From Nocardioides sp. (GTDB lineage: Bacteria > Actinomycetota > Actinomycetes > Propionibacteriales > Nocardioidaceae): 64,000 nt of DNA. Location of the stretch: positions 13,942 through 77,941 of the forward strand of contig JAWKJR010000013.1 of NCBI GenBank assembly GCA_041393675.1. Direction: 5' to 3'. Below are positions 1 to 9,155 of this stretch, in pieces (the stretch's first letter is position 1; each line of letters opens with the position of its first letter). The position numbers and the translations under genes are program-made. The notes under the pieces are model-generated. The model saw nothing but the letters and a program-made list of their open reading frames with translations. It did not search any database and was not told the origin of the DNA.

Positions 1-366
1 CCTGGAGTACCTGCGCCGCGGAGGCCGGATCGGCGCCGCGGCCGCTCTGTTCGGGGGTGCGCTGGCAGTCAAGCCGCTGCTCACGATCGCCGACGGGCGG
101 GTGTCGACGCTGGAGAAGGTGCGGACGTCGTCTCGAGCCCTGGCCCGGTTGGCCGACCTCGCCGTCGACGCCGCCGGAGCGGGGGCGGTGGAGGTGAGCG
201 TGGCGCACCTGGCCAGCCCGGACCGGCCCACGAGCTGGCCGGCCAGCTGGCCGACCGGCTGGCGGCCAACCTGGGTGGCCGCGAGGTCTGGTGCACCGAG
301 CTCGGCGCCGTGCTGGGTGCCCATGTCGGGCCCGGCATGGTCGCCGTGTGCGTGGCACCGCGCTGA
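1..366 (+). CDS. DegV family fatty-acid-binding protein, 3' part (5' end outside window; internal indel)
   Basis: Frame 2 reads LEYLRRGGRIG...ALAVKPLL; ends ELGAVLGAHVGPGMVAVCVAPR-TGA(364-366); usual position upstream of comEA. Confidence 0.88.
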   Translation, partial: PGVPAPRRPDRRRGRSVRGCAGSQAAAHDRRRAGVDAGEGADVVSSPGPVGRPRRRRRRSGGGGGERGAPGQPGPAHELAGQLADRLAANLGGREVWCTELGAVLGAHVGPGMVAVCVAPR

Positions 367-724
367 GCGTCCGGCGGGTGCCCGGCCGGATTTCGTCCAC
401 AGGCGCTGGGGCGGTGACGGCTCTCCCCAGGTGGGCCGCCACGCGGGGCGGTCCGCGCCGCCGTACGGTGCGGCCATGCGGATGTCCCGTTCCCGACCCG
501 AGCACCAGCAGGCGGTGTCGCGTCGGCTGGCGCTGCTGGGCGCGGAGCTGGCCGCGGTCCGCGGGGACGAGGTCCCGGACGAGCCGCCGGCGACCTCACC
601 CGCCACCCCGGACACCCACACCAGGATCCGTCCCGGTCGGCTGTCGGACTGGCTGGCGGCGGAGGGCTGGGCAGGCCCCGACGCGGACTCGGTCGCCCAG
701 CCGGTCGCCCAGCCGGTAGCCCCC
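358..724 (+). repeat. Copy 1 of a ~370 bp diverged direct repeat (degV 3' end, intergenic region, comEA 5' end); copy 2 at 2124-2490
   Basis: ccgcgctgagcgtccggcgggtgcccggccggatttcgtccacaggcg begins at both 358 and 2124; both encode MRMSRSRPEHQQAVSRRLA...DTHTRIRPGRL.DWLAAEGW. Confidence 0.95.
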
Positions 725-937
725 AGATCGCTCCACCCGTCGGCGCTGCGCGCCAGGTGTTGGCGGTGTTCCGGTCCGCGGGGAGCCCGGAGGATCGGGC
801 GCCCCGCGGCGCCGGGGGTGGCGTGCGTCGGCGCCACTCCGTCGCCGGACTTGAACCGGATCGGCGTGCCCTGGTCCTGCCGCTGGTGCTCGGTGACGAC
901 ACCGGACTGGCGCCGACTCGCGCACTGGCCAGCGAAG
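476..937 (+). pseudogene. Degenerate comEA 5' fragment (476-724) fused to an internal comEC fragment (754-937)
   Basis: 754-937 aligns by eye with comEC 3740-3934 (HSVAGLEPDRRALVLPLVLGDDTGLAPT vs DSVSGLGPDRRALVPALVLGDDVGLAPT); no HhH domain, no full ORF. Confidence 0.85.
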
Positions 938-1006
938 TAGTCTGCCGCTATGCTCATCACGACCCCCTGGGGGCCGGTAAAAAGAGAATAGGGAGGAGGT
1001 GCGCCC

Positions 1007-1084
1007 GTGGCGTTGGCGGTCATTCTTGCCCTCAACACACTAGCGTTGGTGGCTAACACCATTGCGCTGCTTATTCGCCAGTAG
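1007..1084 (+). CDS. 25-aa hydrophobic peptide MALAVILALNTLALVANTIALLIRQ (candidate type I toxin or membrane microprotein)
   Basis: SD gggaggaggt (991-1000) 6 nt before GTG 1007; TAG 1082-1084; one TM-length hydrophobic run; terminator follows. Confidence 0.6.
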   Translation: MALAVILALNTLALVANTIALLIRQ

Positions 1085-1125
1085 GCTATCCCGATGTCTG
1101 TTTGAGCACGCAGCCTTATGCGTCT

Positions 1126-1151
1126 GCCGCCCCTCGGGGCGGCCTTTTTTT
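1126..1151 (+). terminator. Rho-independent terminator
   Basis: gccgccc-ctcg-gggcggc hairpin followed by c and T7. Confidence 0.8.
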
Positions 1152-1207
1152 GGCCAAACAACCGGCCCGATCCTCCGAAAGCGGTTGAAACTAGGTAGAC
1201 TGGCCGC

Positions 1208-1618
1208 ATGGATTTGGGTACGGCCCTCGTGTCTGGCGCACTTGCTGGCTCCGTCACCATGCTGGTCGCCTGGTGGGAACGAGGGGCAAGGCAACGCGAA
1301 TTCGATTTGGCACACGACCGTTTCGCGGTCGAACGCAACCCCGCTCGGTACGCGGCTGAGCAAGCTTCCAGGTACTTGGCCAGGGTCTATGACCATGACA
1401 TGCTCGCCGAACGCGACAGCCCGGAAGAGAGAATACTACGCTCGGCCCTCATGGCAGCCGAACGTGTGGGTGCGAAGGACCTTGTGGACGCGCTCAACGG
1501 CATGTACGCCTGCACACAATTCGTCCGTGAGTTCCGTCAAATGGATTCCGTGTCACTCGAAAGGGACCCCTTGTGCGCCGGTTCCATGAAGAAAGAGCCA
1601 AGGCGCTTGCTGACGTGA
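1208..1618 (+). CDS. Hypothetical protein with N-terminal hydrophobic segment
   Basis: 136-aa ORF with protein-like composition (MDLGTALVSGALAGSVTMLVAWW...), inside the low-GC insert. Confidence 0.55.
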   Translation: MDLGTALVSGALAGSVTMLVAWWERGARQREFDLAHDRFAVERNPARYAAEQASRYLARVYDHDMLAERDSPEERILRSALMAAERVGAKDLVDALNGMYACTQFVREFRQMDSVSLERDPLCAGSMKKEPRRLLT

Positions 1619-1837
1619 AACGCCTTGAGGCTGACACTTATTGAATGGTCAACAACCCTAGGTTCGAGCGTTCTTGCAGGCGCTCTGTGAGGTGCCGTGA
1701 GTGTGTGGGACCTCGACAGGAGCGCAACACCAGACACAGCTCAGCGCGCAGGGCCCACAAGCGGTCCCCGAAGCCGCCGTGCATGGTGTCTGCACCGCTG
1801 CCCTTCGGCCACACGAAAGATCCTGCTCACCTACAGC

Positions 1838-2053
1838 ATGGGGAAGAAGTCCAAGAAGCCGGCCATCACCGAGTCGGTGCAGTGCAGGGGAGCAGCGTGG
1901 ATGCTGAAGACGGAGTTGAAGGGCTGTGAGGACCGACCCTCGTACCACCGCCAGTGGTCGGACAGCGTACTCGACGTTTACATATCGGAGGGCGGCCCAG
2001 AGAGAGTGCGCATGCCTGAGGCGACGCGCCTCTGCCGAGTCGAGGCGGGCTAG
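1838..2053 (+). CDS. Hypothetical small protein or remnant (MGKKSKKPAITE...)
   Basis: ATG 1838 within ORF 1697-2053; no recognisable motif. Confidence 0.3.
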   Translation: MGKKSKKPAITESVQCRGAAWMLKTELKGCEDRPSYHRQWSDSVLDVYISEGGPERVRMPEATRLCRVEAG

Positions 2054-2123
2054 CACGTTGGCGGTCAGGCGCAAGGCTGATGACTAGCCGGGAGGCTGCT
2101 CCTCACTGGGGAAGCCGGACAGC

Positions 2124-2490
2124 CCGCGCTGAGCGTCCGGCGGGTGCCCGGCCGGATTTCGTCCACAGGCGTTGGGGCGGTGACGGCTCTCCCCAGGTGG
2201 GCCGCCGCGCGCGTCCCGGCGGTCCGCGCCGCCGTACGGTGCGGCCATGCGGATGTCCCGTTCTCGGCCCGAGCACCAGCAGGCGGTGTCGCGACGGCTG
2301 GCGCAGCTCGGTGCTGAGCTGGCAGCGGTGCGCGGCGCCGACCCACCGGCCGAGCCGCCGCCGACGACGCCCGCGCCGGACACCCACACCAGGATCCGTC
2401 CCGGGCGCCTGGCGGACTGGCTGGCGGCCGAGGGCTGGGAGGGCCCCGTCGATCAGCCCGTTGATCAGCCCGTCGCCCAGCCCGTCGGCG
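2124..2490 (+). repeat. Copy 2 of the degV-3'/comEA-5' direct repeat
   Basis: Matches 358-724; continues into intact comEA. Confidence 0.95.
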
Positions 2491-3233
2491 CACCGCGCCC
2501 GGGCCCGGTGCCGACGCCTCGAGAGCCCGGCCCCGCCCTGGTCCTGACCCGGCCCGGGCGGCACGCCGCCCGTCGGGCGCCCTCGCCGGTCCGGCTGCTC
2601 GCCGGCCGGCTGCCGGGCGGCCTCGCGTGGGGCCCCGGGCCGGTCGCCGCCATGGCCGTGCTGGTGTCGATCGGGCTCGCGGTGACCGCCTGGTCGGCGG
2701 TGCGCTCCCGACCCGAGCCGATCCCGATGGGCGTCACCGACGGCGCTGTCCCGCTCGTGACCCCGGTCGCGGCGCCCGCGATCACTCCCTCGGGCTCCGG
2801 CGACCCAGTCGCGGACGTCGTGGTGGATGTGGCGGGCAAGGTCCGGCACCCGGGCTTGGCGGTGCTCACCCCAGGCGCCCGCGTCGCGGACGCGCTGGCC
2901 GCGGCGGGCGGTGCGCGCCCCGGGGTCGACCTGAGCTCGCTCAACCTGGCGCGTCCCCTGGTCGACGGCGAGCAGATCCTGGTTGGCGTGCCTGGGCGGC
3001 CCGGGCTGGCCCCGGTCGCGCCAGCGGGCTCGGTGGCCCCGGCTCTGGTCAACATCAACACCGCGACGGCCATCGAGCTCGAGGCGCTTCCCGAGGTCGG
3101 CCCGGTGACCGCCCAGGCGATCCTCACGTGGCGGGTCGAGCACGGCGGATTCACCAGTGTCGACGACCTGCTCGACGTGGACGGCATCGGCGAGGTGACG
3201 CTGGCCAGGCTGGCCCCCTTGGTGACCCTGTGA
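2247..3233 (+). CDS. comEA: Competence DNA-binding protein ComEA (TM, SLBB, HhH)
   Basis: VVVDVAGKVRHPG...GARVADAL, LNLARPLVDGEQI, VNINTATAIELEALPEVGPVTAQAI...GGFTSVDDLLDVDGIG. Confidence 0.95.
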   Translation: MRMSRSRPEHQQAVSRRLAQLGAELAAVRGADPPAEPPPTTPAPDTHTRIRPGRLADWLAAEGWEGPVDQPVDQPVAQPVGAPRPGPVPTPREPGPALVLTRPGRHAARRAPSPVRLLAGRLPGGLAWGPGPVAAMAVLVSIGLAVTAWSAVRSRPEPIPMGVTDGAVPLVTPVAAPAITPSGSGDPVADVVVDVAGKVRHPGLAVLTPGARVADALAAAGGARPGVDLSSLNLARPLVDGEQILVGVPGRPGLAPVAPAGSVAPALVNINTATAIELEALPEVGPVTAQAILTWRVEHGGFTSVDDLLDVDGIGEVTLARLAPLVTL

Positions 3234-5531
3234 GGCGTCCCCCGGCACCGGACCTGCGGCTTGCTGCCGTGGGAGTCTTCGCCTGGCTGGGCTCGCTGTC
3301 GGGCGGGGCGGCCGCGAACGAGCCCGGCTGGCGGTTGGGTTGTGGGGCGGTCGCCGCCGCGGTGGGCGCGCTCGTGCTGCTGGGAGGACCTCGGGGTGCC
3401 CGGCTGCTCGCGACCGGCGCCCTGGTGGCCAGCTTCGCGGCGACGGCGACCAGCGCGACACTCACGCGCCTGCACACTCGCGACAACCCCCTCAGCGAGC
3501 TCGCCGCACAGCACGCTGCCGTCGGCGTCACCTTCGTCGTCACCAGCGATCCGCGGCTGCGCCGGGGCAGGTTCGAGGACTACGTGGTCGCCCGTGGCCA
3601 GGTCGTGGGCGTGCATCGGCACGGAGTCGGCGTCCTGCTGCGAGCGCCCGTGCTGGTCCTGGCCCCTCCGACCTGGGCTAGGGTCGCGCTCGGGGCCCGG
3701 GTCGAGGCCGACGTCAGACTGGTGCCCGACCCGGAGGGGCAGGTGTCCGCCGTGCTCCGGGTCCGCGGCGACCCGGTCGTGCGAGCACCTCCAGCCTGGT
3801 GGTGGCGCGCCAGCGCGGTGCTGCGCGCCGGGCTGCGCGACTCCGTCTCCGGGCTCGGTCCCGACCGGCGGGCCCTCGTGCCGGCGCTGGTGCTCGGCGA
3901 CGACGTCGGACTGGCACCGACCCTGGCCGCCGACTTCCGCACCACAGGGCTCACCCACCTGCTCGCCGTCTCGGGGACGAACCTCACCCTCCTGGTGGGA
4001 TTCCTCGTCGTCGTCGCGCTGGGTGGGAGCGCGAGGCGGCGCCCTGCGCGTGGTGGGTGTCGTGGGCGTCTGCTCGTTCGTCCTGCTGGCCCGCCCCGAG
4101 CCGAGCGTGCTGAGAGCGGCAGTCATGGGCTCGGTGGCCCTGGTCGGCATGGGCTCCCCGTCCCGGAGTCGGGGGCCGGCGGTGCTCGGGTTTGCCGTGA
4201 CTGCGCTGCTCTTGGTGGCTCCCGACCTGGCGCGGCAGCCGGGCTTCGCGCTGTCGGTCCTGGCGACAGCCGGGATCGTCCTGGCTGCGCCGCCGCTGCG
4301 CGACGCGCTGGCGGCCTGGCTGCCGCTTCCCGTGGCGGAAGCCGTGGCCGTGCCCACGGTCGCCCAGCTGGCGTGCCTGCCGGTCGTCGCCGCGATCTCC
4401 GGCCAGCTGAGCCTGGTCGCGGTCCTGGCCAACCTCATGGCCGGCCCGGCGGTGGGGCCGGCCACCGTGCTGGGGCTGGCCGCCGGGCTGTTGGATCTGC
4501 TGTGGGCGCCGCTCGGGGCACTCATGGCACACGCGGCCGGGGTCTGCGTGGGGTGGGTCATCGCCGTGGCCGAGCACACCGCTCGGCTGCCCACGGCGGC
4601 CGTCGGCTGGGGACAGGGACGGGCTCGGTCCTGCTGCTCGCGACGCTCAGCGCGTCGGCAATGTGGCTGGCGCCGGCCGTCGGCCGACGGCCGCGCTGGA
4701 CCATGACCTGCTGCGCGGTGCTCGCGGTGCTGGTGCTGGTGCGACCCCCGACGCCTGGCTGGCCCCCACCCCGATGGGTCTTCGCTGCCTGTGACGTGGG
4801 TCAGGGCGACGCGCTGGTGCTCAACGCCGGGAGCGGTGCCGCCGTCGTCGTCGACGCCGGCCCGGACCCGGCCGCCGTGGACGGCTGCCTGCGCCGGCTC
4901 GGGGTGCAGCGGGTGCCCCTGGTCGTGCTCACCCACTTCCATGCCGACCACGTCAACGGCCTGCCGGGGTGCTGCACGGTCGCGACGTCGGCGGCGTGGC
5001 GGTCACGTCCGTCCCGGTGCCCGGCACCGGGGTGGCCGAGGTCGCCCGGGTCGCGGTCGAGGCGGGAGTCCCGTGTCCGCGCCGCCGTACCTCGCCCTGC
5101 GCGATGTCGGCCAGGTCCGGCTCGAGGTGGTCGGCCCCGATCCCGGGGCCGCCGACTCGGCCGAGGGCAGCGTGCCCAACAACGCCAGCCTGGTGCTGCT
5201 GGCCGAGGTGCGCGGCGTCCGCCTGCTGCTCACCGGTGACGCCGAGCCGCCGGCCCAGGCCTTCCTGGCGCGGACGCTGGCGGGGCTCCACGTGGACGTC
5301 CTCAAGGTGCCCCACCATGGCAGCCGCTACCAGGACCTCGACCTGCTGTGCGGGCTGGCGGCTGACGTCGCCGTCGTCTCGGTCGGGGCCGACAACGACT
5401 ACGGCCATCCCTCGCCGGGCCTCGTGGCGGCGCTGGACGCGTGCGGGACCGACGTGTGGCGCACCGATCGGGACGGCGAAGTGGTCGTCGCGCCCGGCGA
5501 CGACGGGCTCGAGGTTCGCACGTCGCGGTGA
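3230..5531 (+). CDS. comEC: ComEC/Rec2 competence protein with C-terminal MBL domain (several indels)
   Basis: GLTHLLAVSGTN, EPSVLRAAVMG, GFALSVLATAG, CDVGQGDA, LTHFHADH, LLTGDAE, LKVPHHGS, SVGADNDYGHP across four frames; GTGA overlap with comEA. Confidence 0.92.
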
Positions 5532-5596
5532 TCGGGTCGGCCCCCCTCGGGCGCGACCCGGCACTGTCTCCCCGGTGTGGCAGGCTGGGCGCCACC

Positions 5597-6580
5597 ATGA
5601 GCTCCCCACGCGCTGCAGACGTCCTCGGGCGGGTCGTCCTCGTCACCGGCAAGGAGGAGTTCTTGAACGAGCGGACGGTCGCCGCCGTGCGTGAGGCCGT
5701 CCGCAGGCACGACCCCGAAGCGGAGGTCTCCGAGTGCCAGGCCGGCGACCTGACCGTGGCCACCCTGGGAGAGCTGGCGGCGCCCTCTCTGTTCAGCAGC
5801 ACCCGCTGCGTCGTCGTGCAGGCGCTCGAGACCCTGCCGGAGGAGTCGGTCGACGGCCTGCTGGAGTACGCCGCTGCTCCGGTCGAGGACGTCGCCCTCG
5901 TGCTCGTCCACGGCGGCGGCCCGCGGGGCTCCGGCACGCTCACCAAGCTGCGCAAGCTGGCCACGGTGACCGAGGCCAAGTCCGGAGAGCTGCGGCCCTC
6001 GGAGTTCGCGGGGTTCGTGGGCGCCGAGGTGCGCTCGCTGGGCGGGCGGATCGACGAGGACGCCGCTCAGGCCCTGGTCCAGGCCGTCGGCCACGACCTC
6101 CGAGGGCTCGCCGCCGCGGCGCACCAGCTCACCACGGACTTCCCGCAGGAGCAGCTCACGGGCGCGGTGGTCCGCACCTACTTCGGCGGGCGGGCGGAGG
6201 CGAAGTCCTTCGCCGTGGCCGATGCCGCCTTCTGGGGGCGCCGCGAGGTCGCGCTGGAGGAGCTGCGCTGGGCACTCGAGACCGGCACGGCACCGGTGCT
6301 CGTCACGTCCGCGTTCGCCGGCAGCGCGCGGGGCGTGGCTCGCTACATGGCTGCGCCGCGGGGGATGCGCGAGGCCGATCTGGCGCGCGAGGTGGGTGTC
6401 CCGCCCTGGAAGCTGCGCACCATCCGAGATCAGTCGCGTGGCTGGTCGGAGGCCGGCATCGGGCGGGCGATCCGGGCCGTAGCGAGAGCCGACGCCGACA
6501 TCAAGGGTGCCGCGAGCGACGCGCCGTACACCCTGGAGCGGCTGGTGCTCACCATCGCCGGGCTCCGCGAGCCGCGCTGA
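5597..6580 (+). CDS. holA: DNA polymerase III subunit delta
   Basis: VVLVTGKEEFLNER, LAAPSLFS, GVPPWKL, ADADIKG; comEC-holA-rpsT synteny. Confidence 0.93.
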   Translation: MSSPRAADVLGRVVLVTGKEEFLNERTVAAVREAVRRHDPEAEVSECQAGDLTVATLGELAAPSLFSSTRCVVVQALETLPEESVDGLLEYAAAPVEDVALVLVHGGGPRGSGTLTKLRKLATVTEAKSGELRPSEFAGFVGAEVRSLGGRIDEDAAQALVQAVGHDLRGLAAAAHQLTTDFPQEQLTGAVVRTYFGGRAEAKSFAVADAAFWGRREVALEELRWALETGTAPVLVTSAFAGSARGVARYMAAPRGMREADLAREVGVPPWKLRTIRDQSRGWSEAGIGRAIRAVARADADIKGAASDAPYTLERLVLTIAGLREPR

Positions 6581-6639
6581 TCCGGTGCGGGGCAGAGCCG
6601 GTCGGGGCTGACCCCGGACGGGTTGATTCGGAGACGGTA

Positions 6640-6671
6640 CGACCCGCCGGGATCTCGGTCCTGGCGGGTCG
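6640..6671. terminator. Stem-loop between convergent holA and rpsT
   Basis: cgacccgccggga-tctcgg-tcctggcgggtcg inverted repeat. Confidence 0.55.
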
Positions 6672-6712
6672 GTGTGGTGCTGGCGGGCGCCCGGGTCAGC
6701 GGGTGGTGCGGA

Positions 6713-6973
6713 TCACAGAGCGGCGGAGCGCTTCGCGATCGAGGACTTGCGGTTGGCGGCCTGGTTCTGGTGGATGACACCCTTGCTGGCGGCCTTGTCC
6801 AGCTTGCGGCAGGCGTCCCGGCCGAGCGCGACCGCGGCCCCCGTGTCGCCGGCGTCAGCAGCCTCGCGGAACTTGCGCACGGCGGTCTTGAGCGCGGACT
6901 TGACCGACTTGTTGCGCTCGTGTCGCTTCTGGTTCTGCTTGTTCCGCTTGATCTGGGACTTGATGTTCGCCAC
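6713..6973 (-). CDS. rpsT: 30S ribosomal protein S20
   Basis: [31 protein letters not shown]...[20 protein letters not shown]. Confidence 0.98.
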   Translation of the reverse strand: MANIKSQIKRNKQNQKRHERNKSVKSALKTAVRKFREAADAGDTGAAVALGRDACRKLDKAASKGVIHQNQAANRKSSIAKRSAAL

Positions 6974-7135
6974 GGGTTGCCTTCGGTGTGAGGTGCCGGT
7001 GTCGGTGCCGAGCGGCGTGCCGACGATCGAGGTCTGGGTGCGGTCCGCGGCTCGACCCGGGCAGGCTGACGCCTGGACACGCAAGGGGCCACGCTACCAG
7101 CGTCGGGAACGGCCGCCCAAATCCGGCCAGCGGGC

Positions 7136-8107
7136 TCAGCCGGTCCGCACGCCGAGCCGTCGCGCCGCGCCCGCGAGGAAGCGCCGGGACTCCGCGACCC
7201 GGAAGGCACTCAGCGTCGGCAGACTGGCATCGACGGGGGTGGTGGACAGCCATGCCACGTGGCAGCCGATGCCCAGCAGGAACGCCGTCACCACGTCGTC
7301 GCCGGCATCGGCGAGCGCGGGGCACGCCTGCACCGACGCGTCGAACCACGGGTCCTCGACGCGCTCGAGCCGGGCCAGCAGCGGATCCACCCAGCCGGGT
7401 CCCACCGTCGCCATACCCCAGTCCAGGAAGACCAGCTGTCCGCTGGGGCGCACGAGCAGGTTGTCGCTGCGAATGTCGGCGTGGACGAGTCGACGCTCGG
7501 TCTGGTCGGCGAGCAGAGCGAGATGGTCGCGGACGTCGTCGACCCGCTCCAGCAGCCACTCCGGCACTGCGGCAGGGCGTACGGCGGCCAGCCGCTCCAA
7601 GCTCTCGGGCCACTGGACGCGCCACTTGTCGTGAAGGTCCGCGAGGCCGCCGTCGCGCGGTCGCGGCGGCGGCGGGTCAGGGACCCGCTCCGCCAGCACC
7701 TCGGTGAGCTCGTCGGTGGCGCGCAGCAGCCAGGCCAGGTCCACGTCGTCGTGTAGGTCGGGGTGCCGTCCCTGGACGTCCTCGAGCACCACCGCCACCC
7801 AGTCGTCGTCGTCCCAGACGGCGAGCAGCCCGGCCCACAGCGGGTGCGAGCCGATCAGGTCCAAGGCGGTCACCTCGCGCCGGAAGAGGTTCGGGGTGTC
7901 GGGGTTGAGCGGTCGACCGACCACCTTGACGAAGACCCGGGTGCCGTCGGCGCAGGCGATCCGGGTCGCGCACCCGGGAGACATGCCGCCACGCTGCTCC
8001 TCGACCGCGACGAAGCGGGAGCCCAGCAGGTTGGCCAGCCACAGCCGGATCGGCTGCGGCATCTCGGGCCAGGTCGCTCGGACCCCGACGGCGTGCCGGT
8101 CGCTCAC
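7136..8107 (-). CDS. APH/choline kinase-like phosphotransferase
   Basis: GGMSPG, VFVK, LVHADIRSDNLL (Brenner motif), FLDWG; GTG 8107 overlaps upstream stop. Confidence 0.85.
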   Translation of the reverse strand: MSDRHAVGVRATWPEMPQPIRLWLANLLGSRFVAVEEQRGGMSPGCATRIACADGTRVFVKVVGRPLNPDTPNLFRREVTALDLIGSHPLWAGLLAVWDDDDWVAVVLEDVQGRHPDLHDDVDLAWLLRATDELTEVLAERVPDPPPPRPRDGGLADLHDKWRVQWPESLERLAAVRPAAVPEWLLERVDDVRDHLALLADQTERRLVHADIRSDNLLVRPSGQLVFLDWGMATVGPGWVDPLLARLERVEDPWFDASVQACPALADAGDDVVTAFLLGIGCHVAWLSTTPVDASLPTLSAFRVAESRRFLAGAARRLGVRTG

Positions 8108-9059
8108 GTCCAGCCTCGTCGGCTGCTCAGCCAGCCCCACGTGGCCTCGGCGCACCAGGCCTGATGCTGGCGCAGGTAGGGCGAGGTCGGGGGTACCGGC
8201 TCGGCGGACTGGCGCATGAAGAAGCCGGTCAGCAGGGCCAGCGTGGCGTCGACGTGGGCGGCTGGCAGGTCGCAGGTGAGCTCTCGCTCGGCCATGATCG
8301 CCTCCACGTCAACGCCGTCGCCCCACGGCACCAGCAGCAGGAACACGGTGTCCAGCCAGGGCGCTCCGCGCGCCAGCCAGTTCCAGTCGCAGAGCCAGAC
8401 CTCGCCGTCGGCTCCGAGCAGCACGTTGTCGTCTCGGACGTCGGTGTGCACCACGGTGTCACCGCCGCAGACGTGGAGGAAGTCGGCCGCCAGCGCCGCG
8501 GCCTCCTCCCGGTGCGGAAGGTCGGGGTGCGCGGAGGCGACGAACTCCCAGGCCGAGGCGAACGGCCCGAGGTCCTCCGCCACGGTCGAGAGCTCCAGCT
8601 CGGGTGGGACCGGGGTCAGGGTCCGGCTCACCTGTTCGAGCGCATCCAGGCACCGGCCCAGCTCCTCGGCGACCCACGGCCGCCGCGGTGCGCGGCCCGC
8701 CAGGTGCTGCAGGCCAAGCGCCACCCACCCGTCGTCCTCGTGCAGCCAACGCAGCCGGGCCGTCGGCACACTCTCAGGGAGCGAGCCCAGCTTGCGCGCC
8801 TCTTCCAGGTAGGCGTCCGCGATCGGACGCTGGGCGGCCCGAGCCGCGGCCTTGACGAAGTGTCGTGACCCGTCCGCGCAGTCCAGCACGGAAGCGAAGC
8901 CCGGTGTGTAGCCGGCGCCCTGGGAGCGTGCCCCGACGACGGCGGCACCACAGCGCTCCTCGATCGCGGCCCGGAGCGGAGCCGGGAGGAACCGCCACTC
9001 GAGCCGCTGGGCCGTGCGGCCCACCGGGGGCGCTCGAGGGACACGCGGGTGGCCGGCAT
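8104..9059 (-). CDS. APH-like phosphotransferase, paralogue of the neighbour (start uncertain, possible indel near 9030)
   Basis: GAGYTPG, HFVKA, VVHTDVRDDNVLL, LCDWNW. Confidence 0.85.
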
Positions 9060-9155
9060 GGACCCATCGTCGGGCATCCCGGGCCGGGTGCGCGACGCGT
9101 TTCCCAGACAGCCGGCGTCATGGTGCGGCATCCTGCTCGGGACAGGAGGACTGCC

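Larger units (their letters stand above)
938..2123. other. Lower-GC foreign insert between the two comEA copies
   Basis: Visibly richer in A/T with A/T-ending codons; bounded by the comEC remnant and repeat copy 2; no integrase or transposase. Confidence 0.7.

Noticed and set aside
1011-2067. 12-bp direct repeat cgttggcggtca at 1011 and 2056 as att sites
   Set aside because: Does not coincide with the insert boundaries and is plausible by chance in GC-rich DNA
2465-4951. Long antisense or alternate-frame ORFs (e.g. 2465-4951, 13567-15837, 55590-57725)
   Set aside because: Arg/Pro/Gly-rich shadow ORFs of real genes, expected at this GC content
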